From a virus (Duplodnaviria > Heunggongvirae > Uroviricota > Caudoviricetes): DNA of 64,000 nt. Each line of letters opens with the position of its first letter. Positions within the stretch are counted from its first letter, which is position 1. A program made the position numbers and the translations under genes. The stretch is taken from IMG/VR virus record IMGVR_UViG_3300024272_000021. The stretch is one strand, 5' to 3'. This document shows, piece by piece, positions 63,727 through 64,000 of this stretch. The notes under the pieces are model-generated. The model was not told the DNA's origin. It saw only the letters and a program-made list of their open reading frames with translations, and did not search any database.

Positions 63727-63761
63727 TAGGGGTTACACATAAAGTGTAACCCCTATTTTTT
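63727..63761. terminator. Bidirectional terminator between convergent genes
   Basis: TAGGGGTTACAC-ATAAA-GTGTAACCCCTA followed by a T-run. Confidence 0.75.
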
Positions 63762-63908
63762 TACGTCGTATTCTTCTAGATAATCCATAATAATTTTATT
63801 GCACAGAGAATTAAGTGTTCTACTTTCTTTATTTGCAATGATTTCTAGCCTTAATTTCTTTGAGATCGGCAATCTAAGTGTAAGCGTGTCAGTCTCTTCT
63901 TTCTTCAT
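63753..63908 (-). CDS. Ribbon-helix-helix (Arc/CopG-like) DNA-binding protein, 51 aa
   Basis: Read by hand: MKKEETDTLTLRLPISKKLRLEIIANKESRTLNSLCNKIIMDYLEEYDVKK; GAGGTG RBS; below the ORF-track size cutoff. Confidence 0.7.
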   Translation of the reverse strand: MKKEETDTLTLRLPISKKLRLEIIANKESRTLNSLCNKIIMDYLEEYDVKK

Positions 63909-64000
63909 AAAACACCTCGTTTTTTATTGTAGTATAATAGATTTTGAACACAAATGCAACTCTTCTTCGATAGGGGAGTATAAAATTAAAATCAATGGCA

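Noticed and set aside
1-64000. tRNA, rRNA, integrase/att sites and transposases
   Set aside because: None were recognisable by inspection; tRNAscan-SE or Infernal would be needed to exclude small RNAs.

Overview
The window is part of the late (morphogenesis) region of a large, AT-rich tailed phage with an SPbeta-like siphovirus layout, probably infecting a Bacillota host. The host call is an inference from Shine-Dalgarno sites, a sigma-A promoter and gene content. Almost all genes are on the + strand, in this order: head-tail completion genes, major tail protein, a ~23 kb cluster of tail fibre/adhesin/holin-like genes with an embedded GT2 glycosyltransferase, endolysin, RuvC-like resolvase, tape measure protein (TMP), Dit, Tal, tail spike and a membrane protein. 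Four genes that look broken in the ORF track are interrupted by five group I introns: 4361-4761, 18461-18716, 31207-31466, 40881-41200 and 41723-43760. I mapped the splice sites from the U.G-ending P1 helix, P7 and the terminal G, and each splice restores the reading frame. Splicing predicts a ~5,762-aa TMP with an ADP-ribosyltransferase-like domain, a degenerate JAB-like motif and a ~2 kb internal tandem duplication. There are three Zn-ribbon/Vsr-like homing-endonuclease-type genes. Two of them, one intronic and one free-standing, are each preceded by a homologous ~60-aa ORF, forming a recurrent two-gene cassette. Domain names come from motif recognition by eye and were not confirmed by database searches.
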